A DNA stretch of 64,000 nt from Octopus sinensis (lineage: Eukaryota). Both the position numbers and the translations under genes were made by a program. The notes under the pieces are model-generated. The model saw nothing but the letters and a program-made list of their open reading frames with translations. It was not told the origin of the DNA and ran no database searches. Location of the stretch: the NCBI RefSeq assembly GCF_006345805.1, contig NC_043000.1, positions 130,386,001-130,450,000 on the forward strand. Direction: 5' to 3'. Numbering within the stretch: position 1 is the stretch's first letter; each line of letters starts with the position of its first letter. Below, in pieces: positions 1 to 12,895 of this stretch.

Positions 1-631
1 AGTATTATGCTTTATCCAAAATGAATTCAGATTTCTTCCAGAAAGGGTGAAATTCGAAATCCGATGAGAGTAGTGATAGTGTGTATCAGCAGAAAAGGTT
101 CCAAAAACTAGATGACTTTCGCAGGTGCCAATCAATTTAGTTGTTCTAAGGAATGGAAAAAGTCGATATTTTGGATACACGAAAGTAGAAATGCTTGCCT
201 CCAAAACATTACTTTCTTTTATCCTCGCGGCAACCACATTCATTGGCGCGAAGAAAATCTCTTGAATTTAATGCTAATAACGTTAAGATAGCTATATTTT
301 TTTATAGTTTTCCTCTGGTTCGCCACCGTCCGATGCTCTATTATGCTTTTGTTGCGTACACTTACGTGAGTTTAATGCTGCAGTTATATGGTACATAGAT
401 AGTTAGTAAACTACTAAATGCAGACCAATTGTGTATATCATGCACGCTATTTGAAACTCATTTAGAACACACGAATAGATTTATCAGTCAAGGCAGAACA
501 TAGCTATTAACAAAGTAGTTTCAGTCACGACCGTCATCTTTTTGATGTATTTAGGTCTGATATTATCTGATGCATACTTCTACCATTTATGAAAGTGTGG
601 TGAGATTGGAGGGAAGTGTAACTGTAACATG

Positions 632-771
632 TTAACGTTTGAACGAGCGGCCAGAGGAACTTTGCTGGATCGCTTCTGACCTGCAAGGACTAAACTCTGT
701 TTTATTAATATCTGACGACTCGGTCATGTTTATACACGTTCCGTTCTCCAAACAACGACTGCATGTAACGT
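632..771 (-). CDS. Candidate terminal coding exon, unidentified Cys-containing peptide
   Basis: The minus strand has an acceptor-like TATGTTCCCATATAG followed by an open frame (D)VTCSRCLENGTCINMTESSDINKTEFSPCRSEAIQQSSSGRSFKR*. No homology recognised. Confidence 0.2.
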
Positions 772-801
772 CTATATGGGAACATAGTTTCATATTTATA
801 A

Positions 802-836
<35 letters not shown>

Positions 837-1660
837 AATACGCATTACTTTTCTAAATATCTTTTTAATATGCTTATGAGAAAATGTGAAAAACAATGTC
901 TGACTTTTGCTTCACAGGGATTGTAAATAAATAACGAACCAATAGTGGTTGTCAAGTGGTGGCGTAGACGAATTGCAAGCACGTACACACACACATACAC
1001 ACACACACACATCGTTATTCACTTTAATATTTACGATCGTTATTCACTTTAATATACATTAAAATATGTACATTATTAAACCGACAGACGTAGATTAGCT
1101 AGCAATACCATCGTGAATAAAACATTATTACAGTGATTTGGAAGGAAAGCAGGCAAAGAAATAATAAACGTCTTCTTGATTTACCATTAATCAAGTAACA
1201 AGCAAAAAGGAATGCACAGCAATTTTAAAAGAGCCATAAATAAAACAAAACTCATACTGGGCCTCATTATAAATTATAGCTAATCTTATTCAACGCACGT
1301 ATGCTTTCATATTGGATCTGTTTCCTCTATAAATGCACTTCATTGTTCAGAGTAGAATTCTTCCTGACTTTCTTCAGGGCTGTTAATCATTCTTAATACC
1401 ATTTTCTATCATTTCTTTCTTGCAGTACACTGCAAAGGAGCGTTAAAGTTAGCCGCCATGCTTAGCCGACTGATGAAGTGCAAATACTTTTTCTTACTCT
1501 CTCTCTCTCTCTCACACGCACATAGACCATATACAAAAGCATTTCTGCAAAATTAGATATTCTTTTGCTCAAGCTGAAAAAAATATATTCGTGAGTTAAG
1601 AAGTATATGAAAGCCGTAGTCTGAAATACAGTCCTTTATTAATATAACTTGATATACATG

Positions 1661-1716
<56 letters not shown>

Positions 1717-2420
1717 ATATACATGTGTGTGTGTGTGTGTGTATTAGATAGGTTTCAAATCAAATCTTGCGCTATTTCCATTTTCTGAATAGTATAAATC
1801 CCTTTGATAAAAATATCAATGTTACGCAATCCCAATTGCCATTCCATAAGGATTTGAGATATCATTCTTATCTACAAAATCAATATTACAATTCATATCA
1901 AGCTATACATATCTTATCAACCATGAACACACCTTTCGCATGTAAACCTTTAAACCTTTAGATTATAATAAAAGTATCTCAATCTACAAAGCTACAGTCA
2001 GGTTCTGCAGGTGTATTAATAATATTGAATACATATCAAATCGTGGACAATTTCCCATACTTATATCAGCTATGTCAGTTGCTGGTCTTCCGTCTTTATA
2101 TGTGGGTGTTTATATATATATATATGAAAAATGAAAGTACGAAAGAAAGAAAAAACTATTTGGAGTCCTAAACAACATTTATTTACATTAACTAAACCGG
2201 TTTCACTATTTCCTGATTTTCAAAAGTAGTGTGAATTGCAAAGACTTGGAAATATGCCTAATTTGTAGCAGCTTCCAGTGGAGTTTAAGAATTTGCTCAT
2301 ATACAAAGAGGGATTATGGCTCAATTAACCATGGGTTGAAGTGTAGTTTGATTAGTTGAAGTTGGTCATGAGGTCGGAGGTTCAGATGACATTATTATTA
2401 TTACAATTCATTAGTTTGTC

Positions 2421-2580
2421 AAGCATTTTTCCGTCCTTACGTTTTGAGTTCAAATTCTGCCGAGATACATTTTGGCCCTCGGCGTCGATAAAAAAGAAGT
2501 ACCAGTCGAGTACTGGGATCGATGTAATCGATTAAGCGCCTTCCCCGAAATTGCTGGCCTTGTACCTATAGTAGAAATAA
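2421..2580 (+). mobile_element. 5'-truncated tRNA-derived SINE (family A)
   Basis: B-box-like GAGTTCAAATTC followed by ...GTCGATAAAAAAGAAGTACCAGTCGAGTACTGGGATCGATGTAATCGA, a diverged match to the family A copies at 10287 and 57159. Confidence 0.65.
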
Positions 2581-2592
2581 TATTATTATTAT

Positions 2593-2595
<3 letters not shown>

Positions 2596-2633
<38 letters not shown>

Positions 2634-2707
2634 TACTACTAATACTACTACTACTACTACTTCTTCTTCTTCTTCTTCTTCTTCTCCTTCTTCTTCTTCC
2701 TCTTCTT
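2596..2707. repeat. Compound (CTA)n-(CTT)n microsatellite
   Basis: Directly visible trinucleotide runs. Confidence 0.95.
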
Positions 2708-3794
2708 CAGTCATTGGGTTAGCTGTGCCTAATGACATTTGCATGTCCCCTAGTTATGTATTCGTAATATGAAATCGAAATTACGTCTGTTCCACGTAGC
2801 ATATATAATAAAGAATGCAGAACAACAATTTCAATTAATGATTGATTAAAAAGAAAGGAAGCGTTCATAATAGATTAAACCTACGAGGATAATTGGCTTG
2901 AATTCGTGAAACACCTGAATTCATCGACAACCAAGAGATGTACGATAAATTCAATTTTAACAATTATATTTCATATTAGAAGGTAAAACGAGGACATTTT
3001 AAATTCTGTTTCCTAATAAAGAATCGCAAAACTGAATGAAACACAAAAGGAAAAATTATAGCATGCATTTGGATAGAAATTGAACATTTGATCTCATTAT
3101 CTTTCTCAATATTATCAAAGTATTTCATATTGTTTTCCCTGTTTTATGTTTTGATGTTCCTCTCCTCTCTTTCCGGTGTCGTTTAAACCGTTCTGTTTTC
3201 TGTGATGAACTATTTAGCGAAGAATCTAATTAATGCTATTATTATTTGGCTTCTCCTTAATAGAATTTATTTGAGGAAAATGAGAAATTATGTAAATATT
3301 ATTTATAAAAGTTATTGTATTTTTATTACATTCTTAGTTACACTGTTATCAATTTAGAAGTCGGCGTAGTTATTAGGTGCACGACCTGTAAGGCTTGAAA
3401 TATTAGGTTTGACATTTAGTTCATCAGCTATTTTTTTCCCAACGTTGCAGCATCGCGCAGGTTTGTGATAGAATCCATTTTATCGATACACAGTACTAAT
3501 GCCTAAATATACTTTATATGCGTGTGTTCAAGCATTTTGTGCATTCATATGAAAAACTAATATTTATATTCGATAATTATTGCTAATGAATTATAATTAA
3601 TAAATTATAGCTTCAATGGAAATGTTGAATAACATTTTCCAGATGTATTTGAAATATTCTCAATAATTTATTGTTTCTGCCTCAGTGTAATATCATCCCA
3701 TAGTATTGAAATGTTATGCTCGTTGCAAGGATGAAATAGCGTCTCTTGACATTTCAATTTTAAGTGATCGCCTGCATGAAAACTGCTCCTTTGT

Positions 3795-4260
3795 CTAGAT
3801 ATAAACTACTAACCTGCTCCTGGGATCTCCGTCGGTCAGACTCGTGTATTTACATCTGTATATGCAGGAGACGCCAAGCTCATTATTTGTTATTCTGTGG
3901 ATGGAGTCTCTATCAAAAATGAAGAGGTACCGCGTTGCATATTCTAGCAGTTCCGGTAAACCGAAAGGTTGAAACGCAATGTTGGCCATTGTTGGATCTG
4001 AACAAATGAAGTTCTTAAAATGCCATACCATTGACCCGTGAAATATACGGTTATCAAATAGAATATATATGTTTAAAGGAGCAAAAGTCCTTCGGATCAT
4101 AAGCATTAGGATCATTAGATCGGTTTCCCGGATTCTGTGGCTTATGCATTCTCTCTGGATGGGACACTGATCCGTCGCAAGGATTACTCATCTTTGCCGC
4201 TAACGTGAAATAATATTTCTCCTTCTCGAAATCACAAGGCATCTGAGCATCGAAACCATA
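3795..4260 (-). pseudogene. Decayed exon-like segment of an unidentified gene
   Basis: Two overlapping complex ORFs (4054-4242 and 3795-4115) join through one frameshift near 4065: ...MPCDFEKEKYYFTLAAKMSNPCDG...DPKDFCSFKHIY / FDNRIFHGSMVWHFKNFICSDP...YRCKYTSLTDGDPRSRLVVYI*. Confidence 0.35.
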
Positions 4261-4619
4261 AATTTGTGTTTAAAATGACCCACAGCTAATAAGTTCTATT
4301 GTTAATAAACACAAGAGAAAATAGTAGTTAAAGCAACAACAAAAAGACAATGGAGTATATATGAGTAAGATGAATGAATAAGCATTGAAGTAATTGACAG
4401 CAAAAACCAAAGTATACGATAAGTTTGAACATAGAAAGTTACGCGCTTTAATTAAGCGTCTAATGAGTTATTGTTGAAAATGATTTTAAAGGCGGTGCTC
4501 CGGCATGGCCGCAATCAAATGACTGAAACAAATAAAAGAATAAAAGAATAAAAGAAAAGACCACAAAAATCATAGAATAACATTTTTTCAATAGAATAAA
4601 GAATTATTAAAAGAGTTAC

Positions 4620-4920
4620 ATTTTGATCCAAATATTGAAAGTGTGTATTTGCCATAGAAGACAAACTTCCCTAATACAAGTTGCAATTTTGGCAACTACT
4701 TGACTCTTTTTAATGACTCCCAAACAGCTGTATTTCATAATGCCCAGCAACACAATGCTCCGTTTGGTCTCAGATAGATCGCACGATGACCGTAAATCCT
4801 AAGTCCCTCTAGGCTACGCGACTTCATATATCGTTGCTATGATCCGAAAACAGCATCGCGATTGCTATATATTTGTAGAAAAACCTTGAGTTTACTACCC
4901 AACCAAGTGATAGTCTTCTT
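4620..4920 (-). pseudogene. Decayed exon-like segment of an unidentified gene
   Basis: Bounded by AG (4921-4922) and GTAACT (4614-4619). One frame reads KKTITWLGSKLKVFLQIYSNRDAVFGS*QRYMKSRSLEGLRIYGHRAIYLRPNGALCCWAL*NTAVWESLKRVK*LPKLQLVLGKFVFYGKYTLSIFGSK, with three isolated stops and no frameshift. Confidence 0.35.
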
Positions 4921-5171
4921 CTAGATATATTGTGATTGTTACTATGAGACATGATATAATAGTTCAAGCAATATACTTAGTCAAGTGCAGAGAAAACAGA
5001 AAAATAAAGACAAGGAAGGTAGGCGTAAATGAGAATTGAACTGACAATTGTTTTTAGGCACCACTGTTGATGTTAAAAAAACAAGGTCTTCGCCAGGAAC
5101 AATAATAGTATTTTAATGTGTATGGTATCATTCAGAAATCAAAACATACTACTGTTCTCAATGGTAATATA

Positions 5172-5388
5172 TATTGGTTTCAAATTTTTGCACAAAGCCA
5201 GCAATTTCGGAGGAAGGGTAAATAAATTACATTGACTCCAGTGTTCAGCTGGTACTTATTTTATCGACCCCAAAATTATAAAAGGTAAAGTTGACCTCGG
5301 TGAAATTTCAACTGGGATTGTAAAGGCAGACGAAATGCCGCTAAGCATTTTGCCTGGTGTGCTAATGATTCTGCCACTTCGCCGCCTT
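5172..5388 (-). mobile_element. tRNA-derived SINE (family A), diverged
   Basis: Reverse complement begins AAGGCGGCGAAGTGGCAGAATCATTAGCAC and contains CCGAGGTCAACTTTACC...GGGGTCGATAAAATAAGTACCAG. Confidence 0.8.
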
Positions 5389-5911
5389 AATGGTAACATA
5401 TACTAAAAAGAAAATATTTTCTGGTTAAGGCTGTATTTATTCATCAATTTATTTATTTATTTTGAAACTTCAGTTATCAAGTTTTCTACGATTTACAGAC
5501 ATATGCAGATGTGCAAACGTTACAAATACGTAGAAAGGATAAGGCAGGAGACAAATATCTAAGATTTTACAGTGATTTTTTAATGAACGGGAACACAAAT
5601 TGTAGTAATTAATATTCAAACCTCTCTGGAGAAGACAACGGGAGCTATGCAATTTACTGCAGTTTAGATGTCTACGAGATATAAATATCTGTTAAATAAT
5701 TAAATAAAAGAAAAAAGATGAACGCTTTTTGAAAGCTCATGAGGAAGTTACAAATTATCTTTCTAACTATGTGATTAAACTCGTTAAGACATATTTTGAA
5801 AAATCTAAACTTCGCAAACATGACTAAGACGTGATTTATAGTCAAAATTTTAAATTTTAATTAGAAGCTTGAAATGCGAAAATGGGAAAAAAGATTAAGA
5901 TTTCAGTCTTT

Positions 5912-5966
<55 letters not shown>

Positions 5967-6025
5967 TTATGCACATACAACTTTACACACTGAGACACAT
6001 ACTCACACATATCACACATCCACAC

Positions 6026-6065
<40 letters not shown>

Positions 6066-6149
6066 GATATATACGCATGTGTGTATGTATTCAATTGAAC
6101 TTGAAGTTTCATTTTAAACTATACACATGTTTTAACCATTGTATGTATA

Positions 6150-6360
6150 TATGTATCGGCATTCGCCCTGATAGCTCGCTAGCCACTACACATTCTTTAT
6201 TTTCTCTCCTTGTTTCTTTCTGTGTTCCTTTCTGTGGCAGAGCGTAGGCTCGAAACGTTAAAGAAATTCTCACTTCCCGAACGTTATACTAATACATCTG
6301 TTTGTTGTCTACACCGCCTGTCTTAGTCTTTTGTTTTTTGGGGGGTGAATTCTCCCCTGT
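6150..6360 (+). mobile_element. Possible Penelope-like pLTR fragment with a degenerate hammerhead scaffold
   Basis: CTTT-CTGTGGC-A-GAGC(GTAG)GCTC-GAAAC-GTT-AAAG at 6228-6263. The fragment lies between TA-rich microsatellites. Confidence 0.35.
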
Positions 6361-6610
6361 ATATATATGATGATGAAAATAAGTTGAATCTTAATATCGT
6401 TGTAAATATTATAATTAGGCGACTATACTTATTAAATGTTACACATAGGTAGACCTACTTTCAGGACTTCAGGATTCTGTTTCAACAATTCGATAATTAT
6501 TATACATCTTCAGCTGTTGCAAGTCCGGTGCGTGTGGCACCATCGATTACAAAGATAGAAATAACTCTATGACGAAGGACATTTTTAAAAAGATTTTTAC
6601 TGTTTTTATA

Positions 6611-7400
6611 CTGGGCTAGTGGGTCCCGTGAATATTCCACGGAATTAATAGTAAACCTATTGGATTATTCCTGAAAACTTTATCCAAAAAACCTGAAAGT
6701 GTAGCCTGTGTTGTGTCTGCATCAAAAGATAGTCGCTCATCTGCTATTCATTGAAAAGTGAAGGAAATTTGTATACGATGATTACTTAATGCACTTTATA
6801 TATATACTTTATATACTTTATGCGCAATTTTATAGACTTAATGCACTGCAGTCATAGAATAAATATTCACTCTTATTTTTCTAGTTTCCCCATAAACATA
6901 AAAAAATTACATCTTAAAATATACACGGTCGCAATTTCATGTCCAGAAAACAAAAATTTTATAGTAAAAAAATTATTTTATATGTAAAATATAGAGGTCA
7001 CAATTTCACGGGGGTAAAAATTTAATACAACATGGCATACTCTGAAAACCAGATCGATGGTAACTTATAAGCCAAGGTGATGGCTCAGAGCCCATACACA
7101 TTTCCATTTGCGTTCATTTCTCAATCCAAAACTTCTTTGCAGACTATGTTCTTCATGTAAGTTGTCCGTCTTCTTTTCCCTTGTTTGTCAGTATTGATAA
7201 CTTTAACTCTTACACCAGATAATTTCCGAGCCCTTCAGAATGCGATATATAGCTGACCATGATCGAATGCAGGTTTGGGCAAGAACAGCCCCACTTTATC
7301 AAATGTCTGCTCTTGTGATTTAGTGATGGTCATTGCATATGACAGGCGAACTGGAAACTGGTTTCTTTCTAAAGTGAATGGCAAGTTTGGGATGCGCTTG
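6611..7400 (-). mobile_element. 3' end of an autonomous-type Helitron: PIF1-like helicase C-terminus, 3' UTR, terminal hairpin
   Basis: Minus frame 7387->7121 reads NLPFTLERNQFPVRLSYAMTITKSQEQTFDKVGLFLPKPAFDHGQLYIAF*RARKLSGVRVKVINTDKQGKRRRTTYMKNIVCKEVLD*, matching the RepHel motifs FPVRL.AMTI.KSQGQT and HGQLYVA.SR. Hairpin CCGTG..CACGG at 6626-6642 sits 11 nt before a CCAG|T end (CTAG|T-like) at 6611. Confidence 0.85.
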
Positions 7401-7886
7401 GATTAAGTGATAGGTGATATAAAAACCTTAGTTCAATTAAAAAAGATATTATCTTTCACTATGTACTCACTATTGCCAACTCCATCACTACCAACACCAT
7501 CATCATCTCTCTCTCTCTCCCTTTTTGTCTCTTACTCTCTCTCTCTATTTTCTTTCTCTCTCTCTCTTTGTCTCTCTCCCCTCTCTCTGTCTTTCTTTAA
7601 TCTCACCATTAGAACATCATCCCTCTGCTTATATTCCAAACTCTCTTCTGTATCACTACGCAAACTAACTTTTTTTAGTCACGTGATAAACATTACGTTT
7701 TCCCCTACCACATGTCATCGACGCTTCTCATTCTGTTTTTTTGTCTCTCACTCATTTTCTTTCTCTCTCTTTCTGCTTCACTCTTCACCGTATTTCATTT
7801 TTCTTTCTTTCTCTTTTTCTCTAACCACGTGAAAGCGTTAACGAAGGGCTAAGTAGGGTAATGACAAGAGGAATTATTATAAGATG

Positions 7887-8270
7887 GTGGAGGCGCAATG
7901 GCCCAGTGGTTAGGGCAGCGGACTCGCGGTCATAGGATCGCGGTTTCGATTCCCAGACCAGGCGTTGTGAGTGTTTATTGAGCGAAAACACCTAAAGCTC
8001 CACGCGGCTCCGGCAGGGGATGGTGGTGATCCCTGCTGTACTCTTTCACCACAACTTTCTCTCACTCTTACTTCCTGTTTCTGTTGTACCTGTATTTCAA
8101 AGGGCCGGTCTCGTCACTCTCTGTGTCACGCTGAATATCCCCGAGAACTACGTTAAGGGTACACGTGTCTGTGGAATGCTCAGCCACTTACACGTTAATT
8201 TCACGAGCAGGCTGTTCCGTTGATTCGGATCAACCGGAACCCTCATCGTCGTAACCGACGGAGTGCTTCC
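7887..8270 (+). mobile_element. Full-length tRNA-derived SINE (family B) with 11-bp TSD
   Basis: A-box TGGCCCAGTGG and B-box GTTTCGATTCC. TSD ATTATAAGATG at 7876-7886 and 8271-8281. Near-identical copy at 34107. Confidence 0.92.
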
Positions 8271-10286
8271 ATTATAAGATGATATTACTTGCACAGCACA
8301 TGCAACAAAATTGTTGACAGGGTAAGTAAATGTAAGTTCTCATTCAAGTATCATTCAACGCTAAACGCACACAACACACACACGCACAATAGCTTCATAC
8401 AGACCCACGCTTGCATATACATGCACAAACACGCACACATACACACACACTCACACACACGCGCAAACACATACACACGCATACACGTGTCTGATAGCCT
8501 CATACTTATACACACGGACACGCCTACTCACAAATACACACAGCTACAAACACAGTATACACTCTCACATTGTCTCATGCACACGTACTTGTTCCCACAT
8601 ACCCGCGCAATTCCATGCACACATACACGCACGCATTGGCTTCATACACGCTTCATACACATGTGCTTACTCAGACTTACGTGCACGCATTCAGTAGCTT
8701 CTTATGCACATGCGTTCTAGTGCACATACATATACCAGGCCACTGTTATCTCTCTTGCCACCCACACCCTTAGCCATCTTCCTTCGTTTCCGGATATTTC
8801 AGCATGGATTGACCGTGAGACTCACGCACATCTTTTTCTCTCAATCTTTCTCTCTAATCATTTATTCTTTCTGTAGAAGAGCAATGGATCGAAACATTAA
8901 TGACACCCTATTTGTTTTCCTGTAACCTCGTCTTTGTCTTTTCTTTATTTTTGCACTACACTCACACACACAAACACTCATGTATATATATATACATACA
9001 TACCTATATATACACATCAGCATTTATTCACATACACGCAATCATATGCGTAATAGATATATAGATTAATATGTGGGTATGTGTATGCATGTACCTATGT
9101 ATCTATGGTTGTTAGTAAATATATACGAAGGTGCGTTTCTTAGTAGTTAGCATGCTTGTAGTTAGTAAATAGCATATAGGGCACTTTGTTGTATTCTTAA
9201 GCAACGAATTTCATTTCGCCTCTCTGGAATAAAGAAGGGAACCTATGCAATTTATTAAATGTTAGGAGTCTACTACCTATAAAGTATCTCTCGTATAATT
9301 TGTAAAAATGAGATCCATTTGATAGTGAATGAAGAGTTTACGAATTATCGCTCTCATTTTGCAACTAAATTCTTTCACATATTTAAGCATCAAATCTTTG
9401 GAAACACGACCAAGATATGATTCATACTTAATTACAATGAGCACCACCCATTGGTGTTGCAGCTAACTTTTCCTCTGTCTGTCATATACTCGTATTTTAC
9501 TGGATCAAGGGTGGAAGCATTTCCTAGCAAAACCTAGAGCTCTAATTATTATTGGTTTGGATATGAATTCATAGTCTGGATATAGAAGCTGGAGGTTTCG
9601 AAGCAGTTGTCCATAGATATCCTCTTTTTCTTTGATTTTCAAAGAAGTATTTATATCTGCAGGGCAGCTGAGCTCTATGATGGTACATACCTTTGCCCCT
9701 CAGTCCCAAACAACAACATAAGGCCTTTTATGTTTACATTTGATAGAAGTTTTGATGAGAATATTGCACCAGTATTCCTTGAGTTGGTGTTTATGAATGT
9801 ATTCCATAACAGAAGGCTTTTCTAAGTTTATTTCAGAACAATAATTTTTCCGATGGCATGTATGTATGTATATATGTATGTATGCATGTGTGCGTGTGTG
9901 TATGTATGTACTTATGTATACCTATATGTATATGAATGACGTACTCATTCATTCGGTCTTCTTTGAACTGAATGAGGCCGCTGAAACGCAAAAAGTCTTT
10001 CATGTCGAATTTTCCGTCCTTCAAACGTGGAAACCATTTCTTTGAGTAATAACGTCCTCATTGTAGAGAGCACATACGCCTGGAGCAGATCTGCCAGCTT
10101 TAGTATCTTGAATGAAAGAGATCAAAAATGCATCCTTTTCTCTACATGACACTCCAACGCCATATATCTGGAGAAAAGTACAATTTATTCAAATATCAAA
10201 ATAACAAACAAAAGTGATGGACTACGAATACAACTACAGACTAAAAATAAATAAAGAAGGAACTCTATGATGAAAAACATGCTTCT

Positions 10287-10703
10287 TATTTCTTTACTGC
10301 CGACAAGGGGCTACACTCAGAGAGGACAAACAAGGGCAGACAAACGGACTAAGTCGATTATATCGACCCCAGTGCATAACTGGTACTTATTTAATCGACC
10401 CCGAAAGGATTAAAGGCAATATCGACCTCGGCGGAATTTGAACTCAGAACGTAACGGCAGACGAAATACCTATTTCTTTACTGCCCACAAGGGGCTGAAC
10501 ACAGAGAGGACAAACAAGGAAAGACAAACGGATTAAGTCGATTATATCGACCCCAGTGCGTAACTGGTACTAAATTTATCGACCCCGAAAGGATGAAAGG
10601 CAAAATTGACCTCGGCGGAATTTGAGCTCAGAACGTAGCGGCAGACGAAATACCGCGAAGCATTTCGCCCGGCGTACTAACGTTTCTGCCAGCTCGCCGC
10701 CTT
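10287..10703 (-). mobile_element. tRNA-derived SINE (family A), head plus two 184-bp monomers
   Basis: Monomers at 10471-10654 and 10287-10470, head at 10655-10703 (AAGGCGGCGAGCTGGCAGAAACG on the minus strand). TSD-like ATGAAAAACATG(C/T)TTC at 10270-10285 and 10709-10724. Confidence 0.9.
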
Positions 10704-11102
10704 CAAACATGAAAAACATGTTTCGTGTTAATTCAAATAACATTGGAAAGAAACGAGCAAATCTATCTTACAACAGAATATATGTAAAATTAAGCAAGAA
10801 ATCCTACAAAACCGTATGTATCATTTCCTAGTTGTTGATTAATTTTCAATGCAGGTATGAGGTTCGGAGTCCAGATCATTCTGTATCGCAAAGATTTTCT
10901 AAATAGAATGAAATATACTTTATATATCAACATAGATTGACAGACAAGAAATTTCTGAGAAGATATTGAAATTTCATTCAGTCGGTGTCATTTTTTGTGG
11001 TGGAATGTGGGGAAAAACATAAATTGAAAATGTACCCCGGAAATGGAAATGTTTGAAAGTTGTATTTAAATGAATCAGTACACCCACACATACACATATA
11101 AA

Positions 11103-11144
<42 letters not shown>

Positions 11145-11195
11145 TATATGTTTATATGTGTATATAAATATATATATATCTATATATATGAATAT

Positions 11196-11271
<76 letters not shown>

Positions 11272-12730
11272 GAGACAGAGAGATAGATAGATAGATAGAT
11301 AGATAGATATGTATATATATATATATATATATGTATTTATGTATGTATATAGACATGTGAATATATGATGTGTCTACCTTTCTATTTATCTAACTATCTA
11401 TATATCTATCTACATATATAAATGAATAAATCTGTTAATGTGTGTTTGCATGTGCGTGTGGGTACGTGCAGCAATACATGCGAATCTGTAAGAACATGAG
11501 TTCATATGTAGATATAAGTGAGTGTGTGTGTGCGCGCGCGAGGTAGCTGCATGTCTATGTGCCTACTTTCCAATATATTGATTATACTAAAACTCTGCTT
11601 GTTCATATTTCTTTGAAGAGAGCAATTTTTGCACGGATTTGAATGGGGAAATGTGGTGGTAGAAGTATACTGAACGACATAAATGGGCACACCCCCACAA
11701 ACACACACACATATACACATACATACATACATACTTACATACATACATACATACATACTTACATGAATACATATGTATGTATGTGTGTATGTGTGTGTGT
11801 CTATATATGTGCTCGTCTGTATGCATGTATTATGATGTTGCTTATATGTATGCATACAAGAATGAATAAGCAATGGAATACAGATATTCGTGTGTATAAT
11901 ACACATTCATATATCTAAGTGCATATATGTAATGGACAATATATATGTGTTATATATATATATATATATACATACATAAATATATATATATATATTCTAA
12001 TTTATATTTATATATACATATATATACATACATATATACATGTTTATATATACATATATGTATGTATATGTATATAAACACACTTATATGTGTGTGTATA
12101 TATGTACAGGTATACAAATATATATGTACATGTGTGTGTATGTATACATATATATGATATATTAGCTTGTTTATCTACATATTTTAATATATATCTGCAT
12201 TATGGGTGTGTATGGGTATAGGTGTATATATGTAATCACGTATGTATGTATTTGCGTGCCTTCAAGCGAAAATTTTGGAAAATATTAGAATCATAAAGCT
12301 GCAATTCCTCGAAAGAAATAATTTTTTCGGCATGGCCTCGACGTTTAACCATGTTAATAAATAAGCAATATTAGAAGGAAAGCAAAGAGCAATTGTAGTA
12401 TATAAAATATTTATGATGTGCCTACCCTCCTTTCCCCTCTTTTACTTAGTCCATTTTATATTCTTATCTATTTATTTATTGAATGCTATTTTTTCTTTCA
12501 TTATTCTGCTTTTATTAATTCTGTCTCCAAGCCTCAACTAGTTTTTGAAAAATTGATTTTCCTCCTTCGTCCTGTCCTAACATACACACTGTGTGTGTGT
12601 ATATATATATATATGTGTGTGTGTGTGTTTATATGTATGTATATATATATAATATATATATATATACACTGTGTGTGTGTGTGTTTATATGTATGTATAT
12701 ATATATATATATATATATACATGCATATAA

Positions 12731-12763
<33 letters not shown>

Positions 12764-12861
12764 CACTGTGTGTGTGTGTGTATATATATATATGTGTGTG
12801 TGTGTGTTTATATGTATGTATATATATATATATATACACGTTCGTTTATGTGTATCTATGT

Positions 12862-12895
<34 letters not shown>

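Noticed and set aside
6611-6743. Protein-like frame ADERLSFDADTTQATLSGFLDKVF... first read as an exon
   Set aside because: It lies inside the Helitron 3' UTR and terminal hairpin, so the open frame is probably coincidental.
7971-8223. Near-identical ORFs at 7971/8020 and 34191/34240
   Set aside because: They fall within two copies of the same SINE; the identity reflects the repeat, not coding conservation.
10287-10654. Tandem repeats considered as a CRISPR-like array
   Set aside because: Eukaryotic context, 184-bp units with no unique spacers, and no cas genes.
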